A stretch of 63,147 nt of DNA, filler included, from Bigelowiella natans CCMP2755 (taxonomy: Eukaryota; Protista; Cercozoa): NCBI GenBank assembly GCA_000320545.1. It is 11 parts of 11 records of this genome, joined end to end, with 100 filler letters (N's around TTAATTAATTAA, not from the genome) between each part and the next. Parts side by side here need not be neighbours in the genome. Positions count along the whole stretch, not along the records: positions 36,614 to 53,301 come from ADNK01001371.1; positions 53,402 to 59,317 come from ADNK01003429.1; 9 more parts are not named here. One strand, given 5' to 3'. Below, piece after piece: positions 42,704 to 57,861 of this stretch (positions within the stretch are counted from its first letter, which is position 1; each line of letters begins with the position of its first letter). Below the pieces are notes generated by a model. That model was given only the letters and a program-made list of their open reading frames with translations, had not been told where the DNA came from and searched no databases. A program made the position numbers and the translations under genes.

Positions 42704-43877
42704 TCAGCAGTGAATTATGTATGTCCCGACATTCTCCACCTCAAAACGCAGCTTCATCGACTCCACAAGCTCTCGCACCGCTGGTTTGATCTTAGCGCTG
42801 CGGTTCGGCGAATGGTGCCCGGCCCCCGTAACGCACTCGAGGGGGTCGTCGGTGTCGTTTTTCAGGAACTTGTGCAGCCTGCTCTTCAAGAAACCCAGCG
42901 CCTCCTTTACGGTAAGTCCGTGGAGGTCAATAAAGAGGTCAGGCTTGCCGTGATTTCTGTGCCGAAATATCGCCTCGCTCGCCTTCTTGTTCAGAGCTCG
43001 CATCTTCTCCCCAGCGGCTTTGGCGGCATCTGAGAGCTTCCGCGCCCCAGCCTTATCGCCAGACTCGTAGGCTTGATGCGATCGTTCGTACATCACAGTA
43101 CGCTTGTGAGCCTGCGCGCTTGCTTCGGCCCTTAACTTGCGTCCTTCGTCGCCCATGTAGTCGAGACCGGCCACAGCTTCCTTTATCTCGGCCTCTACAA
43201 GGCGTATACAGCGGCTGAGCTCCTTCTTGTCGCGGCCCGCGACCGAAACGCGGACGGTTGTGTTCTTGGCATCGTGCTTGTTCCGTTGTTTTCCTTTCCC
43301 GTCCATGATGTCCACGCTGGCCGCCTCCCCGCACGCACGTTGAAGCTCTTTGATGTTCGTTCCATCGTCGCCTGAGAGTGTGTTTTTTTGTTTGAGGTGT
43401 GAAAATACAGTACACTGTTGTGAGTACGTGCACCGACCTATGAGCGCCCCCACAGCGTCATTAGGACAGAGCAAATCCCTAAAAAGCGGCTCTAGTATCG
43501 CACGCACGGCTTCCTCAGCCTTGGCGAGATTGGCGGGCCTGTCCGCTGTGATTACGACATTACACGTTCCTCCTCCCTTCTTATCAACATGAATATGTGC
43601 GTGGTGACGCTTCTGCAGCGCTTTGATTGTCGCACCTCCCGGCCCGATAAGCTTACGCGCTTGTTGCCACTGAGCTTTGATAATTGTTTTTGGAGGTGAA
43701 ACAATGTTATTTACCAGGTCCTCTGCCATATCAACTTGATTCTCCGTCCCGTAGATGACAACATGATGTTTCCCGCCCTCGGTATCAACGCGTATTTCAG
43801 CTCCACTCTCCACCCGGATAGACTTTATGGTCGAACCACCCTTGCCGATCACTGCCCCTACCTTTGATTATTGGGGA

Positions 43878-43915
<38 letters not shown>

Positions 43916-44219
43916 GTATCTACACTCGAAACAGCATGTGGATTCTCCAGCAGCGGTGTTCGTCAGTCACCTTTTGCTGCGGACAGTCAATCGATATCTC
44001 CACGTGGGATGGGCCCTTTTTATTGCGAGGAGCGCGGTACTTCTTTCGCTCCCGCGGTTTGCGGTGTGGTTGCGGAGCTTTGCTCTCCTGCGAACAAGCT
44101 GCTGTTCGCCCCTCCTCTGCCTTGCTCTTGTAGCGGCCCTGTTTCTTTTCTGATGCCTTCACCGAAGCTGACTCATTGCGCTCCGGTTCCGCCGCCGAGC
44201 ACCCGAAAATAGTCCCCAT
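42704..44219 (-). CDS. Multi-KH-domain protein with C-terminal DUF1771-Smr endonuclease module
   Basis: KH GxxG loops (IGKGGSTIK, LIGPGGATIK, GALIG/DDGTNIK); SHQAYESGDKAGARKLS (DUF1771); IDLHGLTVKEA and VTGAGHHS (Smr); two short introns. Confidence 0.85.
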
Positions 44220-44364
44220 CCCTCAGTGCACTCGTGTTGGAGGAAGGGAGAAGAGGGGACGGGCAGCTCAGTGTTTCACAATCCAAAATTAGACCCGAGA
44301 CTTTCGGAGTCTCTTTGTAAGAACTCTCACGGATCTCTGGATTTCCGAGTCGCCCTCCACAGAA

Positions 44365-45672
44365 ATGAACGACGGCTCAGGCTTCTCAATCCGTTGGTGC
44401 GTCGAAGGCGCTCTGTCCGGTGATGTTGGTTTGATGCGCTCTCTGGTGGACGCAAAGGTGGATGTCAATCAACACGCTCCTCGGTACGGTATCGCGCCTC
44501 TCCATGGCGCGGCGATGAAAGGCCATATGGAAGCGATGCGTTACCTCGTCGAGGATGCAAATGCGAATGTCGATCTTTGGACTATGACTTTTTTGCCCAC
44601 GGAGGAGCCCGGTCAGAAACTACCCACAGATGCTTTAACTTTAGCTTCGATGAATGGCCATGTTCATGCAGTGCGCTATCTTGTGGAAAAGAAAGCCAGC
44701 ATGACCCAGCACATCACGTCGCCCTTACACTCTGCAATCGAAAACGGCCACTTGGATGTTGTGAGCTATCTCCTTGAGGAGGGTAATGCGGCCTTAGATT
44801 ACGTGCATGGTGACCTTCATCCCATTCACCAGGCTGCGGGAAACCTGAAGATCATGCGCTACCTCGTTGAGGAAATCAAAGCTGATATTGAAACAGTTGA
44901 CGAGATTGGGCATAAACCAATCCATTTCGCTGCTGAATATAAAAACAACGTCGATGTTGTGCGATACCTTGTGGAGGCACACGCCGACGTGCATGCATGT
45001 ATTCTTGTCAGCAAGTGGACAGCTCTCCACTGTGCCGCCAGCGCAGGCCGCGTTGACACAATCCAGTATCTGTTGGAAGAGACATCCCTAAGCGTAGAGG
45101 ACAGGAGTGCTACCGGGCAAACTCCCTTGCACATTGCCGCAATGGAGGTGGGGAAGATGGATGTCGTACGGTATCTAGTAGAAAAGGCGAAGGCTAACGT
45201 CGAGGCGAGAACCACCACAAATGAAACACCTCTCCATTATGCCATCCTTGATACTGTAAAAACGCGCTATCTCATCGAAGCCAAAGCTAATGTCGAAGCC
45301 CAAAGCGCAACCGGTTCAACGCCTCTTACACTAGGTCCTAGCATGGCAGCCTTGAGGTACCTTGTGCAAGAGGCCAATGCCAACGTAAACGCGAAAGACC
45401 AGGGCGGAGCAACACTCCTTCATTGGATATCTTCTCTTCAGCATGATCCTGCTTATGTCAGATGCCTCGTGAAGGAATGCGACGCCGATATTAGAGCTAT
45501 GGATGATTGCGGCAAAACATCTCTCGATGTTGTCTGCAATCGCGAAGTGGAAAAATATCTGATGGACGTGTGGGGAAGAAGATTGAGACAAATTCTCCAT
45601 CAAGATTTGTGCAAAATATTCATGCTTCACGAAAGCATCATAGTTGCTGCAATGGGTTCTCGACATGAATGA
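44365..45672 (+). CDS. Intronless ankyrin-repeat protein (about 10 repeats)
   Basis: Repeated TPLH-A...G...VVRYLVE...A-V motifs; 435 aa. Confidence 0.92.
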   Translation: MNDGSGFSIRWCVEGALSGDVGLMRSLVDAKVDVNQHAPRYGIAPLHGAAMKGHMEAMRYLVEDANANVDLWTMTFLPTEEPGQKLPTDALTLASMNGHVHAVRYLVEKKASMTQHITSPLHSAIENGHLDVVSYLLEEGNAALDYVHGDLHPIHQAAGNLKIMRYLVEEIKADIETVDEIGHKPIHFAAEYKNNVDVVRYLVEAHADVHACILVSKWTALHCAASAGRVDTIQYLLEETSLSVEDRSATGQTPLHIAAMEVGKMDVVRYLVEKAKANVEARTTTNETPLHYAILDTVKTRYLIEAKANVEAQSATGSTPLTLGPSMAALRYLVQEANANVNAKDQGGATLLHWISSLQHDPAYVRCLVKECDADIRAMDDCGKTSLDVVCNREVEKYLMDVWGRRLRQILHQDLCKIFMLHESIIVAAMGSRHE

Positions 45673-46946
45673 CAAAAAGGCTTGAGTCGAAAACTAATCT
45701 CTCATTCCAAGATTTGCAACCATTGCTGCCGTTTTTGTTAGTGGTAGCGAATCCTGGGGCCATGCATGTCAATGTGCGATCATGCACAGGTTGTGGTCTA
45801 CCATGCAAACAGACCCACTTTGGATCAAGCCATGAATGATGGTGACTTGTAGACATCTCTGCTTGGCCGACACAACCAGATCAAACTTGTAACGAATTCA
45901 GTGTTTGAGCAAACGCGAGCTTTCTAAAGCGATTTGAAGCTTCGATGTATGCACAGTGAGAGAGTAAGACACTTTCGCACGCAGCGGGTTTTTTTCGTGT
46001 AAATGTCTAGAATGTGGTCAGTGTGTGCGCACGCGTTTGCGCATTCAAGACACTGCTGCAGCTCTGCACATTGCTTGCATCTTTCGCTAGAAATGCTTCT
46101 CACATTTTTGGCAAACAACAGCGTTTTTTTGCCTTCGAAAATGACACGTTGCAAAGTTTTTGGTCGTTTCTCGGTCAAAAAAATGGATTTTGACGCTCGG
46201 CCAAGCTGCAGCAGGTGTGTTCTGTGATCACGTTCATCAATGTGAAGCGGTACTCGCACGCGCGCAACTCGCCTTTTGCGCTGTAGCCGAAGGTCACCGG
46301 GTTTGACCTGTTTTTGGATGGTCACCACAGACGTGGCCACAACCATGGGCGAATTACGCAAGTAGTGTTCTGGAATGAAAGCAAAAAATGACAGAAATTC
46401 TGCCATGCAATTTCGGAGCGATCTAGTGCGGCCACGCACGATCAAAAAGTGAATCGAATTTGAAAACGCCACGCTTGAGCACGTGCATGACCTAGATGAC
46501 CATCCTGGTGGACAGCCGGGAGCACCAGGCATGATGTACGTACCAAAAAATGAAAGCTGCGAAAGCTTTGAGTTCAGTGACTTCGAATTTTCACACTTTT
46601 TCTTCAGGCCTCGAATGCTGTCACGAATTGACCTCCAGCAGTGCTAGCCAGAGTGCACTCAAAAATTGATTTTTTTTTCTCGAACCAAGTCAAAACGTGT
46701 TTTTTTTTTGTGCACACGAATCGATCATCTAGATCATGCAGAGCCGCTGCATTGTCCATTCAGTTCCTGCAGGAAACACGCACAACCGCGTGAAATTCCC
46801 GGGTTTGGAAATTCCTGGGTTTCGCCTACTTGTGGCTGTGTGAGACATCGCAGAGAGAGTGCTAGCTACTAGCCTACATGTGGAGATGTGGAGTGGCCAT
46901 TTTGCCACATGCAACAGACACACAATGCAACACACACGTATGCACA

Positions 46947-46985
<39 letters not shown>

Positions 46986-47438
46986 ACACAGACACACACA
47001 CATGCACATGCACATGCACATGCACATGACTACATGATGATGTGATGTGTCATCCGTGGTTGCTTGTGCACGCAAAACTGCCCTCATGGCATGGCAATCA
47101 TTGCTGTCCGCAGCCAACCGCATCGCAAGTCACACGTACACTGCGTCCAATGATGCGGAGGATGTGCGAGATCAGCGTAGCAAGATGCATGAGTGATCCG
47201 TGATCAAGATCAAATTCCACGCACAACTTGTTTGCAAGTGACTGAACGACTAGGTGTGCGTTTACAAAAGTTCTGCGCGTAAGTATGTCTAGATGCGATG
47301 TGCGGGAGTCTAGGCGGATGCAGACAGCCAGCGTAAAGCAAGTTGCATGTGAAGGCATGTATCTGCATGGCGAGCTTTGTGTGTTAGTGTGTGTTTCTCG
47401 TTGAGTGAGCTATGATGCTGCTATGATATGTGAGTCTG

Positions 47439-48035
47439 TTATTTGCCAAACGTTCGATTCACTTCAAATTGCAGATCGATTGATGAGGCGCAAGCGGAAA
47501 CAATGGTTTTGAACTTCGCGGGAATGAAGACGACACCTTGAAGACGCTGTGGACACCTTGACATGCGACATCTCCGACTGTTTGCCTCTTCAAACTTTCT
47601 GTATATAACCTTTCCCATTGACTCGCTGATGTAAACTTCGAAAACATGACACTCATCGTATCCACTTGTGTGCACTATCCAATACTTCTCGTTGTCCTTC
47701 GAAGCCTCTCCCACTACATTGAAGGTTGGACAAACTACAGAATTAACAATGTTTTTGAGAGCTTCCTCATAACAACGTATCACAGAATATCCACATTTCC
47801 CAACAGCCTCCTTGGCATCTTCAAATCTATTAAGAGGATGAATTTTCAGAAGTTTTCCGTCCTTCGGAGCCTTAGCCTCAGCCTCTGCCCTTCCTGGAAA
47901 TTTTGGTATTTCATGACCAACGGATTTCCCCATGGCCTCAGTTGGTAGCTTCTTTACAAGCATTATGTCCTCCTGTTTGTTCGTTATATGAGGAGCAGCG
48001 TTGCTGCCATCGCTCTTATTGTTGGAGGAGTCCAT
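47439..48035 (-). CDS. Intronless hypothetical protein, 198 aa
   Basis: Clean ATG-to-stop ORF with natural amino-acid composition; no family recognised. Confidence 0.55.
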   Translation of the reverse strand: MDSSNNKSDGSNAAPHITNKQEDIMLVKKLPTEAMGKSVGHEIPKFPGRAEAEAKAPKDGKLLKIHPLNRFEDAKEAVGKCGYSVIRCYEEALKNIVNSVVCPTFNVVGEASKDNEKYWIVHTSGYDECHVFEVYISESMGKVIYRKFEEANSRRCRMSRCPQRLQGVVFIPAKFKTIVSACASSIDLQFEVNRTFGK

Positions 48036-48544
48036 TACAATTGATTAGATCTAGATAAGGAATTGCTCGAGATTTCAACTCCTGACTTGTAACTCCGAAT
48101 TCTTACTCCACCTTGCCGTCGATTCTATTTGGGCGACAAATTTTATAGATGTCGCAAAATGAGAACTATCGGTGATTTTCCTGCCCTAAGAACTGCATAG
48201 ATTTAACTTTTTAGGGTTGTAGATCTATTCAATAATGACTACACAGGGTACCCTCTTACGTTAACTACACATAATATTAGATCTAGATCTTTAGGGTTTT
48301 ATGGATTTCGAAATCCAGGATTTTTATTAGACCTAGATCAACCGGGAATACCGGGATTCAGCGGGGATGACATACTTGTGAAATGACATCCTTTTTGGGG
48401 GAAATTGCCCTGGAGTAGTAGTACAAGTAGTAACCGTGTTTGTAACCGTGTGCTCCTCTGTCAAAGTAAGCCAGCCGCACAGACAGGCCAAAAATAATAG
48501 TACGAGTAGATCTAGGCTGCGTTGCACGTCCAGAATCCGGACGA

Positions 48545-49795
48545 TTGAACGGGGACTATTGTTTCATGAGAAAGAGGGTCAACTTTAAAACGCCACTCAC
48601 TCCTATTGGTGAAGACAATTTTATGCACAGTAATGAGGTTTTTTTTTGTAATTTTGTTCAAACCCACAGCAGGGAAGAACTGTGCATGTGTGGCGGTCAT
48701 GAGTACGAGAAGAAGGCGCGCGTTCCAACACAGTTGCTCCTCAAGCGTTGCGGGTTCGACCTAGAAACCAATTCTAGCGGGGACGATGAATTTAATTTCA
48801 GGGACAAGAGGATGGCAGAGGTCGTATTCGGCGAGCGGAAGAGTTCGTCATTTGCCCGGGAGACCGACTACTCGATGGTACGGTTAATGCTTAGGGATTT
48901 CGTCGGATGTCTATTCAACACAGCGTACAAGATAAAGTATAAGAAGAGGGTAACACAGGCGAACATCCTCGCAGCCTACACACTTCAGTACCCAAAAGAC
49001 AGCCTTTTGGAGAGAACTCTCGAGCCAATTCGGACTGCCCTGTGCGAGCAATACTTCGCTTACAAACCTGCCCTGGGTCAAATAGTGTGCGATTATATCC
49101 TCGTTGAACGGGAGAATTACGCCATGCAGGCAGCCAACCTGGTGCAGGCCTTCACAAGCCAGCGCCGTGCGGTCTTGAAACCGATTTTCAAGGCTATGTG
49201 CAATTCCCTGTTTTATGAATATGCCCAGTGCGACACGCCTATCACCAAGGAAGCCTTGCTCTTCGTGCAGTGCCTCTTCGAGGAGCGGCTGCGCATGTGC
49301 CTGGAGGGGTATCATGGTGCGAAGGCCGAAAATTTTATGAGAGCGCTGCCCCTGGACCCCATGGACATGTCGCCAGAGACTCGCATGCTACTAGAAGGCA
49401 AGGTGGACGACGATTGCCCAGACTTAGAATGGAGCGAAGGGGGTCAAGATGGCGAGTGCGATGACGACGATGATGAAGCCGTGATGAGAGCGGGGTGGGA
49501 GGAAGAGGATGAATATGTCGACGAGGAGGAGGGAAAAGAGCTTGAAGGTGGAGCAATAGAAGAGGACGACGTTACTTCAGATGAAGACGACGACGATAAT
49601 GACGAATGCAAGGACAGAAAGAACGAGAGTGATTCAATAGAATTCATCCTTGCTGGGTCATCCATCGCGTTGCATCGCAGTCCGGAGAAGAGGAAAGAAG
49701 CCATGAAAGCACTCCAACACCACACCATTAGAAGCCCGGCAGGCAGAGTCATCATGATGCTAGACACCTGGGAGAGAGTAAAGGTCAAACATTAA
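48545..49795 (+). CDS. Intronless protein with putative H4-like and H3-like histone folds and an acidic region
   Basis: 416-aa ORF; histone-fold-like helices described under findings; long D/E tract; true start probably an ATG slightly downstream. Confidence 0.6.
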   Translation: MNGDYCFMRKRVNFKTPLTPIGEDNFMHSNEVFFCNFVQTHSREELCMCGGHEYEKKARVPTQLLLKRCGFDLETNSSGDDEFNFRDKRMAEVVFGERKSSSFARETDYSMVRLMLRDFVGCLFNTAYKIKYKKRVTQANILAAYTLQYPKDSLLERTLEPIRTALCEQYFAYKPALGQIVCDYILVERENYAMQAANLVQAFTSQRRAVLKPIFKAMCNSLFYEYAQCDTPITKEALLFVQCLFEERLRMCLEGYHGAKAENFMRALPLDPMDMSPETRMLLEGKVDDDCPDLEWSEGGQDGECDDDDDEAVMRAGWEEEDEYVDEEEGKELEGGAIEEDDVTSDEDDDDNDECKDRKNESDSIEFILAGSSIALHRSPEKRKEAMKALQHHTIRSPAGRVIMMLDTWERVKVKH

Positions 49796-50505
49796 CCAAA
49801 AACACCGCTATGGGCGAATCGAATCCTCTCTCGCCGCCGACAAGAACACCCGCCAACTGCACACTCCAAAACTAACACAACACAAACGAACGGAGCACCG
49901 ACAATGATGTAGCAACAACCATCGAGAGAACCATCGAGTTGTATCGTACTAATACCATGTTTTACTCTTCAGACCGACCATGCCGCACCAGAGCCGAGTG
50001 CGAATTTGCTCCTCCTTAGGAGAAGAAATAGGAGAAATAAGAGAAAGCGAAAAAGACCAATCGCGTTTAGCCTGCCAGATTCAAATATGTCGCTGGATGT
50101 TTGAGCAGTGTGCGAGTGAGCGTATTCATCCAATGCTCAGAAGATCCACATAATGCTTCGAAAGCTAAAAGCGAGTCTGCTCGCCATGGTGAACATTGGC
50201 GATTGATGAGACCGTCTGTACGTTCTGCGTGCTTGCGTTTTAGACTCGATCTAATTCACTAAATGTGGTGGGTGTGGAGAAAAAGAAGCGCGCGGATTCG
50301 TACGTCTAGATTCCACGGTACGTTTTGTCGACGTCATCAGTGATTTGTGTGATCGAACAATAACCATTTTGCAACATGTTGTAATGTTTACTTTATAGTG
50401 AGTGATACAACGGCCGACAGCGAAGTGAATCGACATCATGCCTAGTACACACACACACACACACACATGCAGGCAGCAGCCGGGCACATGTACTAGTTAC
50501 TATAC

Positions 50506-50564
<59 letters not shown>

Positions 50565-50922
50565 GTGCACGAATATACATGGTGTGTATGGGTGTGTGCG
50601 GATGTGTGGATGTATGTGCTAATGATCTAATGATGTACTATGCTACTATGCACACAGATGCGTATATAGCTGTGCGGCATGATGGCTTGCGCGTAGTTAT
50701 CACCACGACATAAACTATCTGCTTCGTGTAATGATTATTTGGAATGCTATGATGACGTGATTAATATTTTTGCGCGTGCGCATGCGCAATGCAAGGGATC
50801 GAGGCGTTCACGCAGCTCATTTTTATTTGCCTACGTCGTACAGCAATATAGCAAGGCTCTATATAGCATTAGCACAATGTAATTCACTCTACATTGCGCG
50901 CCAGTATATGAATTGTGCTGTC

Positions 50923-52006
50923 TCAACGCTGCAACAACTCGATGAGCTCAGCAAACTTCTCGTCCCGAGAGGAATCTACAGCATCCGTTACCTGCCAAAT
51001 GGAAAACCCCCGTATCACATGGCCGTGCTCAATCTGCAACCGCCGTCCTGCTGCGTTGATCCCGCCCGCTCGTCGGCAGTCATCATTGTACTCGAGGTCT
51101 TGTGCGGTTGAATTTCTTTGGAATGCTTCTTCCTGTTGGGTCTGGCCGCCCATAATCGAAAGTAAAGCCTGAGTGACGGCCGCGTCCTGCCACTGCCGGT
51201 TCTCTCCTCCATGCAGGAACTCCGAGTGAGTCTCTCGGCATAGACCTGAAGCGTGGAGGAATGGATTCTCCCATCAAATCCTTTGCGACGTACTCAGTCA
51301 TGCAAAATCCCTCCAAACCATAAAATCTAAAGTTGGCTCCTTCTCACGTACTCGGCGTGGTACTCGTGCAAAATCCCTCCCAACAACAAAGTCTAAAGTT
51401 GGCTTCTTCTCACGAAATCTCTGGTCAGCATTCATTTCATGCGTAGGTTGATGGCCACTCCTCCGCAAAAGCATGCTGTATCACTGCTGTTCGTCCTCTC
51501 TCTCTCTCTAATGACCACGCTCCCTTTTCTCTCTCTGTCTAGTTTGAATACCAATCCATAATCGCCTGTTGCGATTCGGGTGTTTGTTCTCCCCCACCCT
51601 TCCGCCTCCCTCGCTGACCGCGCTTGCGCACGCCGCGGTTATCTTCCCAACGCGCTTTTGAAACTCCGTTACGTTCTTGATTATTACGCGCGGGATGGGG
51701 GGGGGGGGGGGGGGGGGGAGACCGAGCATGGGGTATGTGAATCAACATTCATCATATCAATGCCGTTTCGTTTGCTCGACTGCTACTTAGTCGCGCGTCC
51801 ATACATTTTGAGTTGATGATAATGATGATGATGAGGGGGTGGGAAGGGGGGGGGGGGAGAAATCTCGCATGCGGCTATTGTTGCTTGACGACTGACCTTG
51901 AACCAGTAGGTGGACATCGCCATGACTTGCAGATTGGGATGAAGCCGCATCAGCCCCTCAGGAGTCACATCGAGGTATGACCTGTGATGAATAATTAGCC
52001 ATACGC

Positions 52007-52050
<44 letters not shown>

Positions 52051-52740
52051 ACACACACATACACACACATACACTCCCTCAATACTCATCTCCCACCCAT
52101 TTAGGTACACATCTGCTACTCACCGATACGGGTGCTCGCACAGGTTCGGTCCGCAGTGATCATCGACGTTCACCGAGAGCTCGAGGCCCTCCCCCTCCAT
52201 TCTATGCGCCATTTCTCCGAGAAGCGCGTAGAAACGCTCTCGCACCCACTCCCTTGTCTGCTCCGGCCCGCCGACCCCGCGCGCGACCAACAACGGTCTC
52301 AGTTTCGAGAATACGTCATCGTAAAAACCCTTGTGCGTTGGATCTCCTGACTCGAAATCGATGTTCATGCCGTCGAATTGAAAGCGCCGCGCCTCGGCCA
52401 GCACCGCGGTGATGAAGCGCTCCTTCTCCCCGTTATCATCTAGCAGGAGAGACAGAACGCCGGGAAGGGTGGGGTCGTGCCAAGTCCCTGCTCCATCGAT
52501 GTATGCGCAAGGAATGAATTCATCGGGTAGTTGTACAGTATGGTTGTGTGTGTGTGTGTGTGTGGATTTGTCGTTTAGAAAGCGTGGAATCTGCCCACCC
52601 CATTGTATCATCGGTATAATCTTGACATTGTGCGACTTAGCCCGTCCTGCACGTAGTCCGTTTGTTGTGGGCACGGCAATCAAACGCATCGTTCAGATGT
52701 ATATGTAGCGTATCCACACAAATATTCCACTTGAGTATAA

Positions 52741-52797
<57 letters not shown>

Positions 52798-53280
52798 TAT
52801 ATATAGAGAGAGAGAGAGAGGGAGAGAGAGTGTGTATCCTTGATTTTGATGTGGTTGGGGAGAACTGGGCAGCAAACGCAGGGAGTGACTGAGGGGGGGG
52901 GGGGCGGGCTCTGTGGCTCGGTGGGGGGCTTTGTTGAGATGGGGGGGGGGAGGGCGAGCTCGCGCGCTAGCGCTCGAGCGCGAGCTCGCGCGCGAGCGCG
53001 AACTTGTGATCGATTTTGTGCATGAGCTGCATTCGATGTAGTCGGGGTTGTTATTGTGAGTGTCATTATCTTATGATTATTATTATTACTATACGTCGCG
53101 CCCGCCCTCTGAGGCACACAATATGTAGCTTGTGCGTTCACCTGATAGCCAAACTGGGGGAACCACGCCGTATCATTGCATATTAGACGGTCTCCAGATA
53201 CCCTAGCAGCGACGCCCACTCTCTCGCATTTTCGCTCACCTGGCACGCGCGCAGAAAGGCACGGATGGAACAGCATATGC
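50923..53280 (-). CDS. Glycoside hydrolase family 18 (chitinase/chitobiase-like), multi-exon, 5' truncated
   Basis: ERFITAVLAEARRFQFDGMNIDFE (DxxDxDxE variant), VMAMSTY, and a terminal IRGFSIW strand. Confidence 0.75.
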
Positions 53281-53497
53281 GCAGGCCACCATCGAATACA
53301 GNNNNNNNNNNNNNNNNNNNNNNNNNNNNNNNNNNNNNNNNNNNNTTAATTAATTAANNNNNNNNNNNNNNNNNNNNNNNNNNNNNNNNNNNNNNNNNNN
53401 NGCGATGGCAATGCCACGGCGAGCCAAAGTCCTGCTGTTCTTCTAGCTGCTGTGACATTGTTAGTCAAATCGTTTCCCGTGTGTGGAAGCCAAAGGT

Positions 53498-53823
53498 TGT
53501 TGCGCGTAAGGTGTTCACAGGCCGAGGCGCTACGTGCACAAGTAGGCAGGGGGGGGGAAAGGCACGTTTGCTTCCTTTTGAAGAGTTGTGTTTATTTTTA
53601 TTAAAGATTATATTTTTATTAAATCGTGCACTGCGTAATCATTCGCGAAGCTTTCGCGAATGCCGCCGCACGTGGGGCAGCACACTTCCGGTGTGCTGCC
53701 ATGAGTCCCGCCGGAACCCACGTGCCTATGCTGTATTAATATCTACGTTATCTATATTCTATATCCGCGACAACCCCTTTGTTGTCGCACGTGACTTGTG
53801 CCCGCGTAGTGGTACGCGCTACA
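53498..53823 (-). mobile_element. 5' LTR of the same gypsy family, followed by a PBS-like site and possible gag start
   Basis: Matches 9992-10317. On the minus strand it is followed after 5 nt by TGGCTTCCACACACGGGA (53475-53492) and then ATG (MSQQLEEQQDF...), open to the gap. Confidence 0.85.
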
Positions 53824-54411
53824 GATGAATTGTGACAACGCCAGAACGCAGCAACGCATGCTGGCTAGCTGGCATGCTGGCATGCAAGCTGGCAAGACCA
53901 CTAGAAGAGGCTCCTGCAGCCTGGAACATGCACGTCACAGTCGTCATTGTTGCGCAATGCCAGAGTGCGTTTTGTTGCAGGCAGGGCTGAAGGGTTTCCC
54001 AATGGCATCATTGCTAGATTGGCCGCACAATCCTGCCAGTCTGCTAGAAGTCTAGCAGTGTCGTTGACAGTCGGCAGTCGGCTAGCAGCGTGCATGCACA
54101 CTCTCCAGCTCTGCTGGTCTGCTTCGGCTCATCTAGTCATCCATTTGTGCGTCTGTGTACATTTGCAATTGTTGTGTGTGACACAATGCCACCATGCACA
54201 CGCACTGCATGACATGCTCACATGCATGGCTAGCTAGCAGATTGTGACTAGCGCACACGGCAAAACTAGAAAGCTGAATGATTGCGAGAATTTCTCATCG
54301 CCGATCTTCGCAAATTTTGCAAGGGATTTATAGATTCAAACACATCAATGGCACCTCCCAACTAACAACGTGACGCTAGCTTACACATTGCACAAAAGCG
54401 AGAGTTTCAGC

Positions 54412-57480
<3,069 letters not shown>

Positions 57481-57861
57481 TTCAAGAGGCGTGCCTGGGT
57501 TGCTGGGCGCTGCTTGGACGCTGGTGAGTTATGACCTGACTGCCGAGGAGGAGGTGGCGGGTTGTGAGAGAGGTGCAAGCGCTGCTAGCTAAACGATCTG
57601 CATTTTATGGAAGTTTTCCATGTCGTACGTTATAAAATACCCTGCAATTTCTCAATTTGTCTTTCCTTCTTGATTAAAGGTTTCCGTTTACCGACTGCGA
57701 CTTACCTTGAAGTTGACGCGATATCTCTGTTCGAGAGGAGAAAGGTTTCTGGATGTTTTCCCTCCGGGATAGTTGCAGATATCAACCCTGCGACAACGTC
57801 TGGCTGATGTCGCGCCAATAATCACGGAATTCCGACTGAGATTTCGGAAACGTCGAGCTCC

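Noticed and set aside
53498-53823. Solo LTR, or partner LTR of a single 44-kb element
   Set aside because: No target-site duplication, a PBS-like site follows it, and many host genes and gaps lie between the two copies.
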